A DNA stretch of 63,720 nucleotides, the filler included, from Octopus bimaculoides (taxonomy: Eukaryota): NCBI RefSeq assembly GCF_001194135.2. It is 4 parts of 4 records of this genome, joined end to end, with 100 filler letters (N's around TTAATTAATTAA, not from the genome) between each part and the next. Parts side by side here need not be neighbours in the genome. Positions count along the whole stretch, not along the records: positions 18,351 to 40,898 come from NC_068981.1; positions 40,999 to 59,669 come from NC_068990.1; 2 more parts are not named here. One strand, 5' to 3'. Position numbers and translations under genes: made by a program. Under the pieces are notes generated by a model that saw nothing but the letters and a program-made list of their open reading frames with translations, did not search any database and had not been told where the DNA came from. The stretch's first letter is position 1. Each line of letters begins with the position of its first letter. This document shows positions 38,893 through 51,095 of this stretch, piece by piece.

Positions 38893-39518
38893 CGTACATA
38901 CATACATAGACATATGTGTGTGTGTTATACATGCATGCATTTTAATTATTCATGTACATGTCTCTAGCAAACTGCTTATGTACAATGGTAATGTGTCTGC
39001 TTGTGTGTTTGTTTGGAAGACCTGAATACAAGCAGGCATATTCGTATATATTTTCTTCTTATGCATTCAAACCATGTCTATATATCTGTACGCATAGAAT
39101 CTTCTTGTCTTTTCACATATTCTTCCATGAAATCTATAAAGTCTGAAGTCTTTGAAAATCTCTGACGTTAAAGCTGCCATTTTAGAAGCTTCATCGCAAC
39201 TATCCGAAGCAGTTGCGACCAGATAAAATCTTGTTTTTACATATTTTTTCGCAGTCTCTGATTCTGTCCTATCAGGAAGCACAGCTATCTTCCATATCTT
39301 CACTAATGCCACGTCGCTTGGCTGCTACTCATATATTTAGTTCACACTCTAAAAACTGGCAGCGTAGATATGCATTTAAACACTTAAGCAAGTAGATGTG
39401 TGTGCATAGGCGTGTGTGGAGTTCAGAATATATATACGCAAACTTAAATACACAGCCATATAAACGAATGCACGAATATAATACATACATGTATGTATAT
39501 ATGTATTTAACTTACTAA

Positions 39519-39550
<32 letters not shown>

Positions 39551-39984
39551 NNNNNNNNNNNNNNNNNNNNNNNNNNNNNNNNNNNNNNNNNNNNNNNNNN
39601 NNNNNNNNNNNNNNNNNNNNNNNNNNNNNNNNNNNNNNNNNNNNNNNNNNNNNNNNNNNNNNNNNNNNNNNNNNNNNNNNNNNNNNNNNNNNNNNNNNNN
39701 NNNNNNNNNNNNNNNNNNNNNNNNNNNNNNNNNNNNNNNNNNNNNNNNNNNNNNNNNNNNNNNNNNNNNNNNNNNNNNNNNNNNNNNNNNNNNNNNNNNN
39801 NNNNNNNNNNNNNNNNNNNNNNNNNNNNNNNNNNNNNNNNNNNNNNNNNNNNNNNNNNNNNNNNNNNNNNNNNNNNNNNNNNNNNNNNNNNNNNNNNNNN
39901 NNNNNNNNNNNNNNNNNNNNNNNNNNNNNNNNNNNNNNNNNNNNNNNNNNNNNNNNNNNNNNNNNNNNNNNNNNNNNNNNNNNN

Positions 39985-40028
<44 letters not shown>

Positions 40029-40290
40029 TTACATGTTCACATACACACATTCATATACACACATACAAACAAACATACATACATATACACACACATACCT
40101 ACATACAAACATACACACATATGAACATACGTGCATACATGCATGCGTACATACATACACATATTTATTCAACATCTTTCATTCCTTGACATGAATTTTG
40201 ATCATTAAAACATCAATCCATACAAATTTTCCATCTTCACTACCAATACCACCACCGCGACTACTACTACTACTGCTACTACTACTACTG

Positions 40291-40332
<42 letters not shown>

Positions 40333-40840
40333 GTGTAACCATTATTATATACATTTTCGTTCCATCTCTGTCCTCGGAGACCCTCTTCTATCCCCAATCA
40401 TTGCATTTGAAATAACGTTGAAAGTTGTAGCATTTCAGAATCTTCAATATTGATTTTCATTTCAAAAAATATTCAAAAAAAGAGAAAAGATTTTAAAAGA
40501 TAAACATGTTTATTTATCTATTTATCTATTTATTTATTTATTTATGTTTGTCATTTTTCCTTCCTTATTTTCTTTGTTAATTTCTTCCTGATATCTTTGC
40601 CTTCTTTTACAAGAAACCTTCTTTAGAATCTATAACATTATATATCTGTTTGATAAATGATACACACTTTCTGAATTTTTCCAATTGCTTATATTCATCT
40701 ATCTAGGAATCTATCTATCAGTCTTTATATGTCAGTCTGTCTACTACGCTAACCATCTATCAGTCTATCAACCAATCGCAATATCTATCTATCTATCAAT
40801 ATATATATATATATATATTTATACATGCATATATATATGC

Positions 40841-40896
<56 letters not shown>

Positions 40897-41388
40897 ATNN
40901 NNNNNNNNNNNNNNNNNNNNNNNNNNNNNNNNNNNNNNNNNNTTAATTAATTAANNNNNNNNNNNNNNNNNNNNNNNNNNNNNNNNNNNNNNNNNNNNAT
41001 ATATATATATATATATACATATATATACACTCATATGCTGGTGATACGTAAAAAGCTGCTTTTGAGTGTTGTGCTTCATGGAGGCAATGACCATGACCTT
41101 TGGCATTATGTCGTGCTTGAGAAGAAGACTCATCAAGCCGAGCAAAATCACAGTCATCAAGCATGGCAAATACTGGTGTCACACAAATGGCACCGATTTT
41201 GGTGGCACATAAAAGCATCCATTACACTCTCAGAGCGTTTGGTGTTAGGAAGGGCATCCGGCCGTAGAAACCATACCAAGTTAGACTGGAGTCTAGTGCA
41301 GCCCCTCAGCTTACCAACCCTGGTCAAACCGTCCAACTCATGCCAGCATAGACAATGGACGTTAAATGATGATGATGATACACTGATA

Positions 41389-41433
<45 letters not shown>

Positions 41434-41936
41434 NNNNNNNNNNNNNNNNNNNNNNNNNNNNNNNNNNNNNNNNNNNNNNNNNNNNNNNNNNNNNNNNNNN
41501 NNNNNNNNNNNNNNNNNNNNNNNNNNNNNNNNNNNNNNNNNNNNNNNNNNNNNTGAATTTTCATCGATGAGTTCATGAACCTTGGTTCTTTTCCCTAAAA
41601 CTATATATTTATATATATTTTACTCTGTAAAGATCAATTTAATTTTAATTTTTGATAAATTGATTTTAATTGAGTTTTTACCTGTAATTTTGGATTTTTA
41701 TCCCTAATAATAATACTATTATTATTATTATTATTATTATATATCATACATATATAGATATGTACATGCATGCATGTGTGTGTGTGTGTGTGTGCGTGTG
41801 TGTGTGTGGAACTCAAGGGAATTGAAGAATTTAGTTAGAAAGATGGGGAGGAGAGTAGTAAAATAGTTGGGTGCAGCAAACTGGACACAATCTCTGTATG
41901 GTCTACTCCACTCCTTCAACTATGTCACAAAACAAA

Positions 41937-41972
<36 letters not shown>

Positions 41973-44000
41973 CCTTTCCACTATAGGCACAAGGCCTGGA
42001 ATTTTTTTGGGAAGGTGATGGGTTGATTACATTGACCCCCAGTACTTGACTGGTTCTTAATTTAAGGATGGAAATCAAAGTTGGCCTCGGTGGAATTTGA
42101 ACTCAGAACATAAAGACAGACAAAATGCTGCAAAGCATTTCATCTGACATGTTAACAATTCTGTCAGCTTGCCACCATAAGAATAATGATAATGATAATA
42201 ATGATGATAATAATAATAATGATAACGATAATAATAATGATGATGATCATAATAATAATGATGATAATAATAATGATGATGATGATGATGATCCTAATGA
42301 TGATGATCATAANNNNNNNNNNTGATGATAATAATAATAATAATGATAATAATGATAACGGTAATAATAATGATGATAATAATGATGATAATGATAATAA
42401 TAATGATAATAATAATAATGATAATGATCACAATGATGATGATGATCATAATGATAATTAATAATAATGATGATGATAATAATGTGATGATGATGATAAT
42501 ATAATGATGATAATAATGATGATGAGGATAATATGATGATAATAATGATGATGATAGTGATGATAATGATGATAATAATGACGATGATGATGATGATGAT
42601 GATAATAATGCAGTGGATGTGTATACCGACATCCTTTTTACTATAACCACAACAAAAATGCTAATTGGTTAAAAAAAAAAAAGAGTACTCTCCTGTCCCT
42701 GTTAAATTTCATTGGTCGGCTCTTAAATATGATGCCTTGTTTTATTTGGGTGTGGAGGGAGATGTGTGGGATATGGGGGTGTGTGTTTTGTGTGGGAGGG
42801 AGATGAATGGAACCTTGAGATGGGGTGTGTGGGTGGGTTTTTTAAAAATCCTGTCTTCATGCCCCCCCCCCTCCTCACTTTTCACAATAGTTGAGGGGTG
42901 TGTGGTTTCACCACCNNNNNNNNNNNNNNNNNNNNNNNNNNNNNNNNNNNNNNNNNNNNNNNNNNNNNNNNNNNNNNNNNNNNNNNNNNNNNNNNNNNNN
43001 NNNNNNNNNNNNNNNNNNNNNNNNNNNNNNNNNNNNNNNNNNNNNNNNNNNNNNNNNNNNNNNNNNNNNNNNNNNNNNNNNNNNNNNNNNNNNNNNNNNN
43101 NNNNNNNNNNNNNNNNNNNNNNNNNNNNNNNNNNNNNNNNNNNNNNNNNNNNNNNNNNNNNNNNNNNNNNNNNNNNNNNNNNNNNNNNNNNNNNNNNNNN
43201 NNNNNNNNNNNNNNNNNNNNNNNNNNNNNNNNNNNNNNNNNNNNNNNNNNNNNNNNNNNNNNNNNNNNNNNNNNNNNNNNNNNNNNNNNNNNNNNNNNNN
43301 NNNNNNNNNNNNNNNNNNNNNNNNNNNNNNNNNNNNNNNNNNNNNNNNNNNNNNNNNNNNNNNNNNNNNNNNNNNNNNNNNNNNNNNNNNNNNNATTCAG
43401 CATATCATTGTCGTCATCACCGGCAACACCGTCATCATCATCATCATCATCATTACAACAACCACCATCAACGACAACGATACTAACATTCTCAATAGCA
43501 TTTTATCGCCACCACCACCACCACCACCACCATCATCGTTATCATCATCATCATCATCATCAGGGTATCTCTTAATTGATACATTATTTAAATGAGGTGG
43601 GTGTGGTTAGAGTTGAAAACCCCAAAAGATTTATTAAGGTGGAAGCATTTATATTCTACAGGCTGTGATACTTCCCAGCATCACCGTCCCTGATACCCCA
43701 ACACCCTGATGTGAAGCCCACCCCACACCCCCATCCATTGCAGGTTTGTAAATAAATAAATAAAGAGATTATATCCCCAGTGAGCGTGGGTAGCTGCTTT
43801 TAGTGTGGTGGTGTGTTGGAAGTGGAGGGGTGGGGGGTGGAGCAAGGGGTGTGAGGGTGAAGATTATATTAATAAGGGAGAACTTGTTCATTCATTGAAT
43901 AATAATGACTACCATGTGTGCATGTTAAATGGTTGGGAGTTACATGTGCGTGTGTATGTATGTATGGATGTATCTCTGTGCGTGTGTATGTATGTGTGTC

Positions 44001-44031
<31 letters not shown>

Positions 44032-44210
44032 TTAGAAACAGAATAATAGAGTGTAAAGAAATGTATAATTTGGTAATTTGTTAACCAGCTGGACACACAC
44101 ACACACACACACACACATGCATATATTTACATATTTACAGATATACGCATATACATACATACAAATATATATATATACATATGTAGATACAAGCATGTAT
44201 ATGCATATGC

Positions 44211-44257
<47 letters not shown>

Positions 44258-44265
44258 TGTGTATA

Positions 44266-44309
<44 letters not shown>

Positions 44310-44381
44310 CATATATATACACACAAATGTGTATATATATGTGTATATATATGTGTGTATATATGTGTATATATATATATG

Positions 44382-44417
<36 letters not shown>

Positions 44418-44639
44418 GCACACGTGTGTATACATACATATATATACACACACACAAGAGTGTATATACATGTGTATATATATAAATATATATACATTCA
44501 CACACAAGTATGTATATATATTATAGATATATTTATACATATCCAAGTGTGTATATGTGTATACATTTATATACACATGCACAGACTTGATGGCAACATC
44601 TCTTTCTTTTGATGTTATATTGAATGCACATATAAAATG

Positions 44640-44683
<44 letters not shown>

Positions 44684-45419
44684 CGTATACACCCTACATA
44701 TATGACTGCATATACTCCTAATTCGAATATTAACGAGAGAATGAAGCTAATGAACAAGCAGCTAAAAATAACAGTTAAATTTCCTTCAGACTCCACTCTA
44801 CTGTCATAAAGAAGGACTCACTGGATAATGCGATATTGGTTTATCTACCCATAAAAATAACAAGGTACAGTCACGGTTGGTATGCCTTTTATTAAGGCTG
44901 GCCTGGCATTAAACAATGACAAAAACAACAATAGCTCATATTGAAATTTGCCATATTCCACACATGTAATTGCTATCCAACTTGTTAGAAATAGCAGCTA
45001 AATTTTTCTCAAATATTATCCTATAATCTTGTTTTTTTTTTTTCAGAATTGTTCATTGGATAATGTAGCCTGAGATACATTTATGATCTTTCCCACATTT
45101 AAAAGCAAGAAAAAAAAGCAAAAGGAAATGGATGAAACAAAAGAGAATCTTAACAACTGGAATAACTTTTGATCAAAGAATCTGCTTTTGTTAAAGCTGA
45201 GGGAGGAAGAGAAGAGAGAAGGTAAGAGGAGGAGGAAGAGAAAAGAGGAGATGTGGGAAGAGGAGGAAAAGATGGAAGAAGTCGGAGGAGAGGAGGTGGC
45301 AAACATGAAAGTTCTCAGTGGGGAACAAGTGAACTGTTTCCTAGTCACTTGATCTGCTAGTTAGAGCAGCCCCAAATCCTCTTTCTACTCTCTCAGCCTA
45401 AGAAAAAAACAAAGGACAT

Positions 45420-45615
45420 ATTGAAGAAAATGGTCCCCACCGAACATGAAACACAATGATGCAGTTTCTGAGTGAACAACATGAAAGCTGAAGTGTCCTG
45501 CAAGTCTTTCGGAATAGATTAGCTTGAATTGAGAAATGGAGTAAAACAAGGATGGCCATTGCTCCCACAAACTTTTCTATCTTCTGCTCAGCTATGATTG
45601 AGCTCACTTTGCCAG
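45420..45615 (+). mobile_element. RTE-clade LINE reverse transcriptase fragment
   Basis: NMKAEV...RNGVKQG / frameshift / IAPTNFSIFCSAMI, which corresponds to RTE GVKQGCVLAPTLFSIFFSAM. Confidence 0.65.
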
Positions 45616-47861
45616 GGGTCAGCAAAGGGATCGATAGACTGAGGGTCTATTTATTGTTATTATTATCATCATTATTATTAGTGAGTGAGAGAGTAGTGTT
45701 TTCCATCAAAGTGACACTGGGGTACAAATATATGAAGCTTAATATACCCATCATGACTATCAGTCCGATAAGGGTATACCAGGCACATGCATCACAACCA
45801 TATGTGCACACATCAAGATAAACAGTACAAGGGGATCCCAGTTAGAATTTTCTTTAGGTTGAGTAGCCCATCCTGCTCAAAAGGTCCCTGAATGAGGATT
45901 ATTTAAGGATGGTGAATGGAACATCCATATTTCCAGGGAGGGGTGAATTATTCAAATCCTAAAGAATCTCTCTCAACACATGGCTATGCTGCTCCCTCAC
46001 TACACCTGGTTGTGATCAGAGATGCATATTTCGCCGGCCTTTAAGGGGAGATGCTCAAAGAGTTAAGGTCAAACAACTGATAAGTAAATTCTGTGCATTA
46101 TTATTATTATTATAACCTCGCTTAGGTCAACTTTGCTTTTCCTATTTTCGGGGTTGTATCAATAAAGCATTGGGGTCGATGTAATCGATAAACTTCCCCC
46201 CCCCCCAAAAAAATTACTGGCTTTGAACGAAAATTAGAAATAAAACGCTTAGCAGCATTTCGTCCGTTTTTACATTGTAATTCTGTTCAAATTCCACCGA
46301 TGTCAACTTTACTTTTCATCCTTTCGGAGGTCAATAAAAATAGTACCAGTCAAGTACTGGGGTCTATGTAACCGACAATCTCCTTCGTCAAAAATCTGCA
46401 GGCCTTGTGCCTATAGTAGAAAGGACTATTATTAAAATAATTAAATTGTACTTTCAGTTCGTTNNNNNNNNNNNNNNNNNNNNNNNNNNNNNNNNNNNNN
46501 NNNNNNNNNNNNNNNNNNNNNNNNNNNNNNNNNNNNNNNNNNNNNNNNNNNNNNNNNNNNNNNNNNNNNNNNNNNNNNNNNNNNNNNNNNNNNNNNNNNN
46601 NNNNNNNNNNNNNNNNNNNNNNNNNNNNNNNNNNNNNNNNNNNNNNNNNNNNNNNNNNNNNNNNNNNNNNNNNNNNNNNNNNNNNNNNNNNNNNNNNNNN
46701 NNNNNNNNNNNNNNNNNNNNNNNNNNNNNNNNNNNNNNNNNNNNNNNNNNNNNNNNNNNNNNNNNNNNNNNNNNNNNNNNNNNNNNNNNNNNNNNNNNNN
46801 NNNNNNNNNNNNNNNNNNNNNNNNNNNNNNNNNNNNNNNNNNNNNNNNNNNNNNNNNNNNNNNNNNNNNNNNNNNNNNNNNNNNNNNNNNNNNNNNNNNN
46901 NNNNNNNNNNNNNNNNNNNNNNNNNNNNNNNNNNNNNNNNNNNNNNNNNNNNNNNNNNNNNNNNNNNNNNNNGATTTAACGAAACAAAAATATTTTTATT
47001 AGAAAATATTTTCACTCTGAAGTGTCAGTTCAAAGGGAGATAACAAATATAGTGTTTACAAGGGAGAAAACTCCAGCGGTATTTTTTTTGTTTTTTAACT
47101 ACTTTCTTGGAAATTACTGTTAAATTTCATTTATAACATAAATACTCATCATACGCTTGATGGACCAGATGTACGAGAACTTTGTTTCCTTAGCACGAGG
47201 TCCTAGGTTCGATGCTTTTGTGCGTCAGATATTTATTTTTAAAGCCGTGATTCAATTGGGCAGAGAGAAACTATATGGAAGCCCGTCGGGTGGGTTTTAC
47301 TTGTTTCAAAAGATATTTTTTTGTCCCTGAGTAGCGCAGATTCTACCTGAGAATCACGTTAAAGTTACACATGTGTAAGGAATATTCCACCATTTACACG
47401 CTAAATCAGGAGCAGACAATTCAGTTGATTGAACAAGTGAGTCCTCATCACGAAAGGACGAAGATCCACCTCATAGAACACCTATAATCAGGCTCTTATT
47501 ATATTCACTTCAATACATTGAGGGAATTATATGGACACTAGAAGATATAGTGAGCAAGAGAGATAGACAAATTAAAAAGCAGGATATCTCAAACCTTCTT
47601 CACCAGTTCCTACGTCTCTAGGGATTTTGTTTACATAAATGTGCAGCCGTTTGGTTAAGAACCTTGCTTAGAAATTATGAGGTTCGTGTTGGATAGTGCT
47701 GCTTGCACCTAGAGAAAGTATCTTCTGTAGCAAGAGATCAAACAACATTAGTAAGCAGAATTTGGTAGACAAAAACAGTAAGGTACCCATCGTACACCTC
47801 ACCACTCTATTTCTCTCTGACTAAACCTTTTTTTTTTCTCTCCCTGTTTATTTCTGTGTTC

Positions 47862-47897
47862 CTTTCTGTTGAAGAGCGTAGGCTCGAAACGTAAAAT
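47862..47897 (+). ncRNA. Second copy of the CUGUUGA hammerhead-like motif
   Basis: CTTT CTGTTGA A GAGC GTAG GCTC GAAAC GTA AAA; same downstream repeat context (ttcccgagcgt...taatacatc). Confidence 0.55.
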
Positions 47898-48955
47898 ACT
47901 CTCACTTCCCGAGCGTTAAATTAATACATCTGTTTGCTGTTTACACACCCGTCTTTGTCTTTTGTCTTTTTGTAAATTCTCATTATACACACACACACAC
48001 ACACACAACTGACGTCACATACTTAATGTACATGTTTTGTTTATGCATTTATTGGCTGTGAGACTCATTCAAGGAAAAGACCCTTTAAGATGTTGAGTGT
48101 CATAGCACACGAGGTCTTAAAAGGACTTCCTGGAACAAACCCTGCAGCTAATAAGCATATGAACAAAGCACATACATTCAGTATTGAACATTAGTAATGT
48201 TAAATGTTATTACAGTTGGTTACAATTGAAATTTTTATACATATCAAAAGGAGGTGTTATAATTGTTGTTGTTGGCATCCTTTTGTCTCGGGAGACAATG
48301 CAGTTGCACATAAACTAATCCAGTCTGGTTTTTACATTTCATGTCCTCTCCAGTTTTGCGCAGGCCTGCTGGGCTAGATGTAAGAAAATCCTGGGTAGCC
48401 CAATCATTAGGATTCCTCTCTCGACCTTGCTGACATAGTCCAAAGGAGTGCAGAGCATTACGTTTGGCACCAGCTTGGTTGCAGGAGCTGCCGGAAGAGT
48501 GTCGAGTCGAACACTAAACCGCCTACGGGGCTCCACTTCGGATTTCTTTGAAGGTTGTCTCCTTTCCGTAATCCTGGATAAGGGCCCATAAGAGGAAAGA
48601 GCAGAGAGGCATGTCAGGGGTAGTGTTGGTATATTTCTTTTGAAAAAAAAAATGTACAGAATTTTTCAAGGATGCAGTGGCCTGATTATAACTGATGCAG
48701 AAAGATTGTTCTATGTTTTGACAATTGTGTGACGAATGTATTTAAAAATCATGGGTGCTGCATTGTTTTTTGATTTTATAAGCATTTTTATGAGTGTAGA
48801 GGTATTGAAAATGGGTGGCTAAAGTTGTTGTTGGAAAGTGGGTGGATAATCTTTGGGCTTTTTTCCAAGATAGCAGCTAGATATGGAAGCAATATGGTTA
48901 AGATATTCTAAGTGACGGACAGAAGATAGTCATCTAGTTAAACACACACACACAC

Positions 48956-48991
<36 letters not shown>

Positions 48992-49540
48992 ATGGTATGT
49001 ATGTGCGTATATGCATAACATACACATGTGTGTTGTGTTTATGTTGTGTCCCTTTATGTACAATGGAAGGAAAGTGATTGCTAAGTGGATAAAATACTGG
49101 ACTACATGGCCATAGGTCATAGGTTCCAATCATCCATTGGTGTTTTATTGTGTTCCCAGATAGAAGATATGGACATTTTATTGCACATTGCTTCATTCAT
49201 CTGACTGTTAAGATGAAGTACCAGATCAAACCAAGAATATTTGAATTCCCATCATTTTAGGATTGACAGAATAAATACCAGTAATTACACACGAACAGAT
49301 TAATCAAAAGGGAGCTGCAAATATCCATTACTGACTCATGAAAGCTAGAATTTCATGCATGGCATTTAATGAAAGCCTAAACTTCTTTATATGAACCTGG
49401 AGTCATTCACAGCTATGAAAGAAAGAAATCTACCTGTGTCATCAAATCAATCAACACACCTGTCTGTCTGTTATAGGGATGTAAACACATCAGCATTGGT
49501 TGTCAAGTGATGTTGGTGGGGGGTGGGGGTGAGAAACATA

Positions 49541-49595
<55 letters not shown>

Positions 49596-51049
49596 TATAT
49601 ACTACGGGCTTCTTTGAGTTTCTGTCTACTAAATCCACTCACAAGGCTTTAGTCAGCCTGAGGCTATAGTAGAAGACACTTGCCTAAGGTACCATGCATC
49701 TTTTTGTCTGTCTGGCTTTATCTCCATCCATCTTTCTGTCTGTCTGTCTCTCTCTACCTACACACACATGTACGCATGCACGCACACACACACACACACA
49801 CACAAACATGCAGTAAACACAATATGGCCAAATGTTTAAAAAGTTTACTTTGTAATCACGAGATTCTGGTTTTGAATTTGTTCCATGGCATCTCGAAAAA
49901 AACTGACCTCAGGTCAAGTCAAACCCTACCAGTGGAATGATGTAAGACAGAAACTACCAAAAAGGCTATTGGATGAATTTTACTTCCAATCTAAAGGTCC
50001 AGCTTTATTTTACTGGGGAAAAGAGTGAGAGAGAGAGATTAACTTCTCAGCTTTAAAAAAGCTATGCAAATGGAGCTATGTGTGTGTGTGTGTTTGTTCA
50101 TGTCTGCTTATATTGAGGTTGCCTGCTAATTGCAAATAAAAGCGTGGCTATGTGGTTAAGAAGTTTGTTTCACAACTCACTGGTTTCAGGTTCGGTTCCA
50201 CTGCGTGGCACATTGCATTAGTGCCTTTTACTATATAGCTTTCAGCCAACCAAAGCCTTGAGTGGATTCGACAGATGGAAACTGAAAGATGTCTTTTGCA
50301 TGTATGTGTGTGTGTGTGTGTGTGTGCATGTATGCATGCGTGTATGTATGTGTGTGTGTGTGTATGTGTGTGTATTTCCTCGTCGTGTGTGCGTCTCCTT
50401 GTCTTGACATAGTGTGATCATTGTAAATGAATGTCCCCGTCATACAAGCCATGTCTTCAGTTCTAATATTCTGTAAAAAAACATGTCTGGCCATGGGAAA
50501 ATATTATCTTGCTTGGAAATAGGTGAGGATTGATGACAAGAAGGGGGCATCTGGCTGTGGAAAAACTGAATTAACTCCATCCAACCCACACAAGCATGGA
50601 AAAGTGGATGTAAAACTAAAGATGACAATGATAATATCCATGTCACACAAGCAGTGTTGTTTAATTGTAATCCTCCATGGAAGCATGTCCATGTTTTAAG
50701 GATTAGGGGCAATTATTACCTTGTTTGGAAATAAGTGAAAGTTGGTGGAAAAAAAGGCATCCAACCCTAGAAAATCTGCCTCAAAGAATTTCTTTTAATC
50801 CATGCAAACATAGAAAAGAAAAGTGGATATTAAAATGTTCATGATGATTAATTGGTTAATTAGATAACATTACCCATTATACAGTTCTATATGGGCATAT
50901 GGCATAGTGGTTGAGCGCAGGCTACTAACCCCAAGATTCCGAGTTCAATTCTAGGCAGTAACCTGAATAATAATAATAATAATAATAATAACAACAACAA
51001 CATCGAAAAATACCTTAGGAATGAGAACCCAGGTTCGAAATTTCCCCAC

Positions 51050-51095
51050 AACACCTGATGAAGGCTGGAGGGTATATCAGCCGAAATGTTGTGTT
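51050..51095 (+). ncRNA. Minimal type I hammerhead ribozyme motif (canonical CUGAUGA core)
   Basis: Stem I AACAC/GTGTT; core CTGATGA(A); stem II GGCTG-10 nt-CAGCC; GAAA; collapsed stem III A-T-G-T (likely ACGT with CpG decay); cleavage triplet GUU. Confidence 0.7.

Noticed and set aside
39067-39312. 81-aa minus-strand ORF in unique sequence
   Set aside because: No recognisable motif, no good splice signals and a GTG start. Cannot be supported without a search.
47492-47621. WTLEDIVSKRDRQIKKQDISNLLHQFLRL* as the HAUS3 last exon
   Set aside because: Only faint similarity to LTDILADVKTKRKTLANNKLHQ, weak acceptor, no intervening exons found, and the conserved EREFYVYF-like end is absent.
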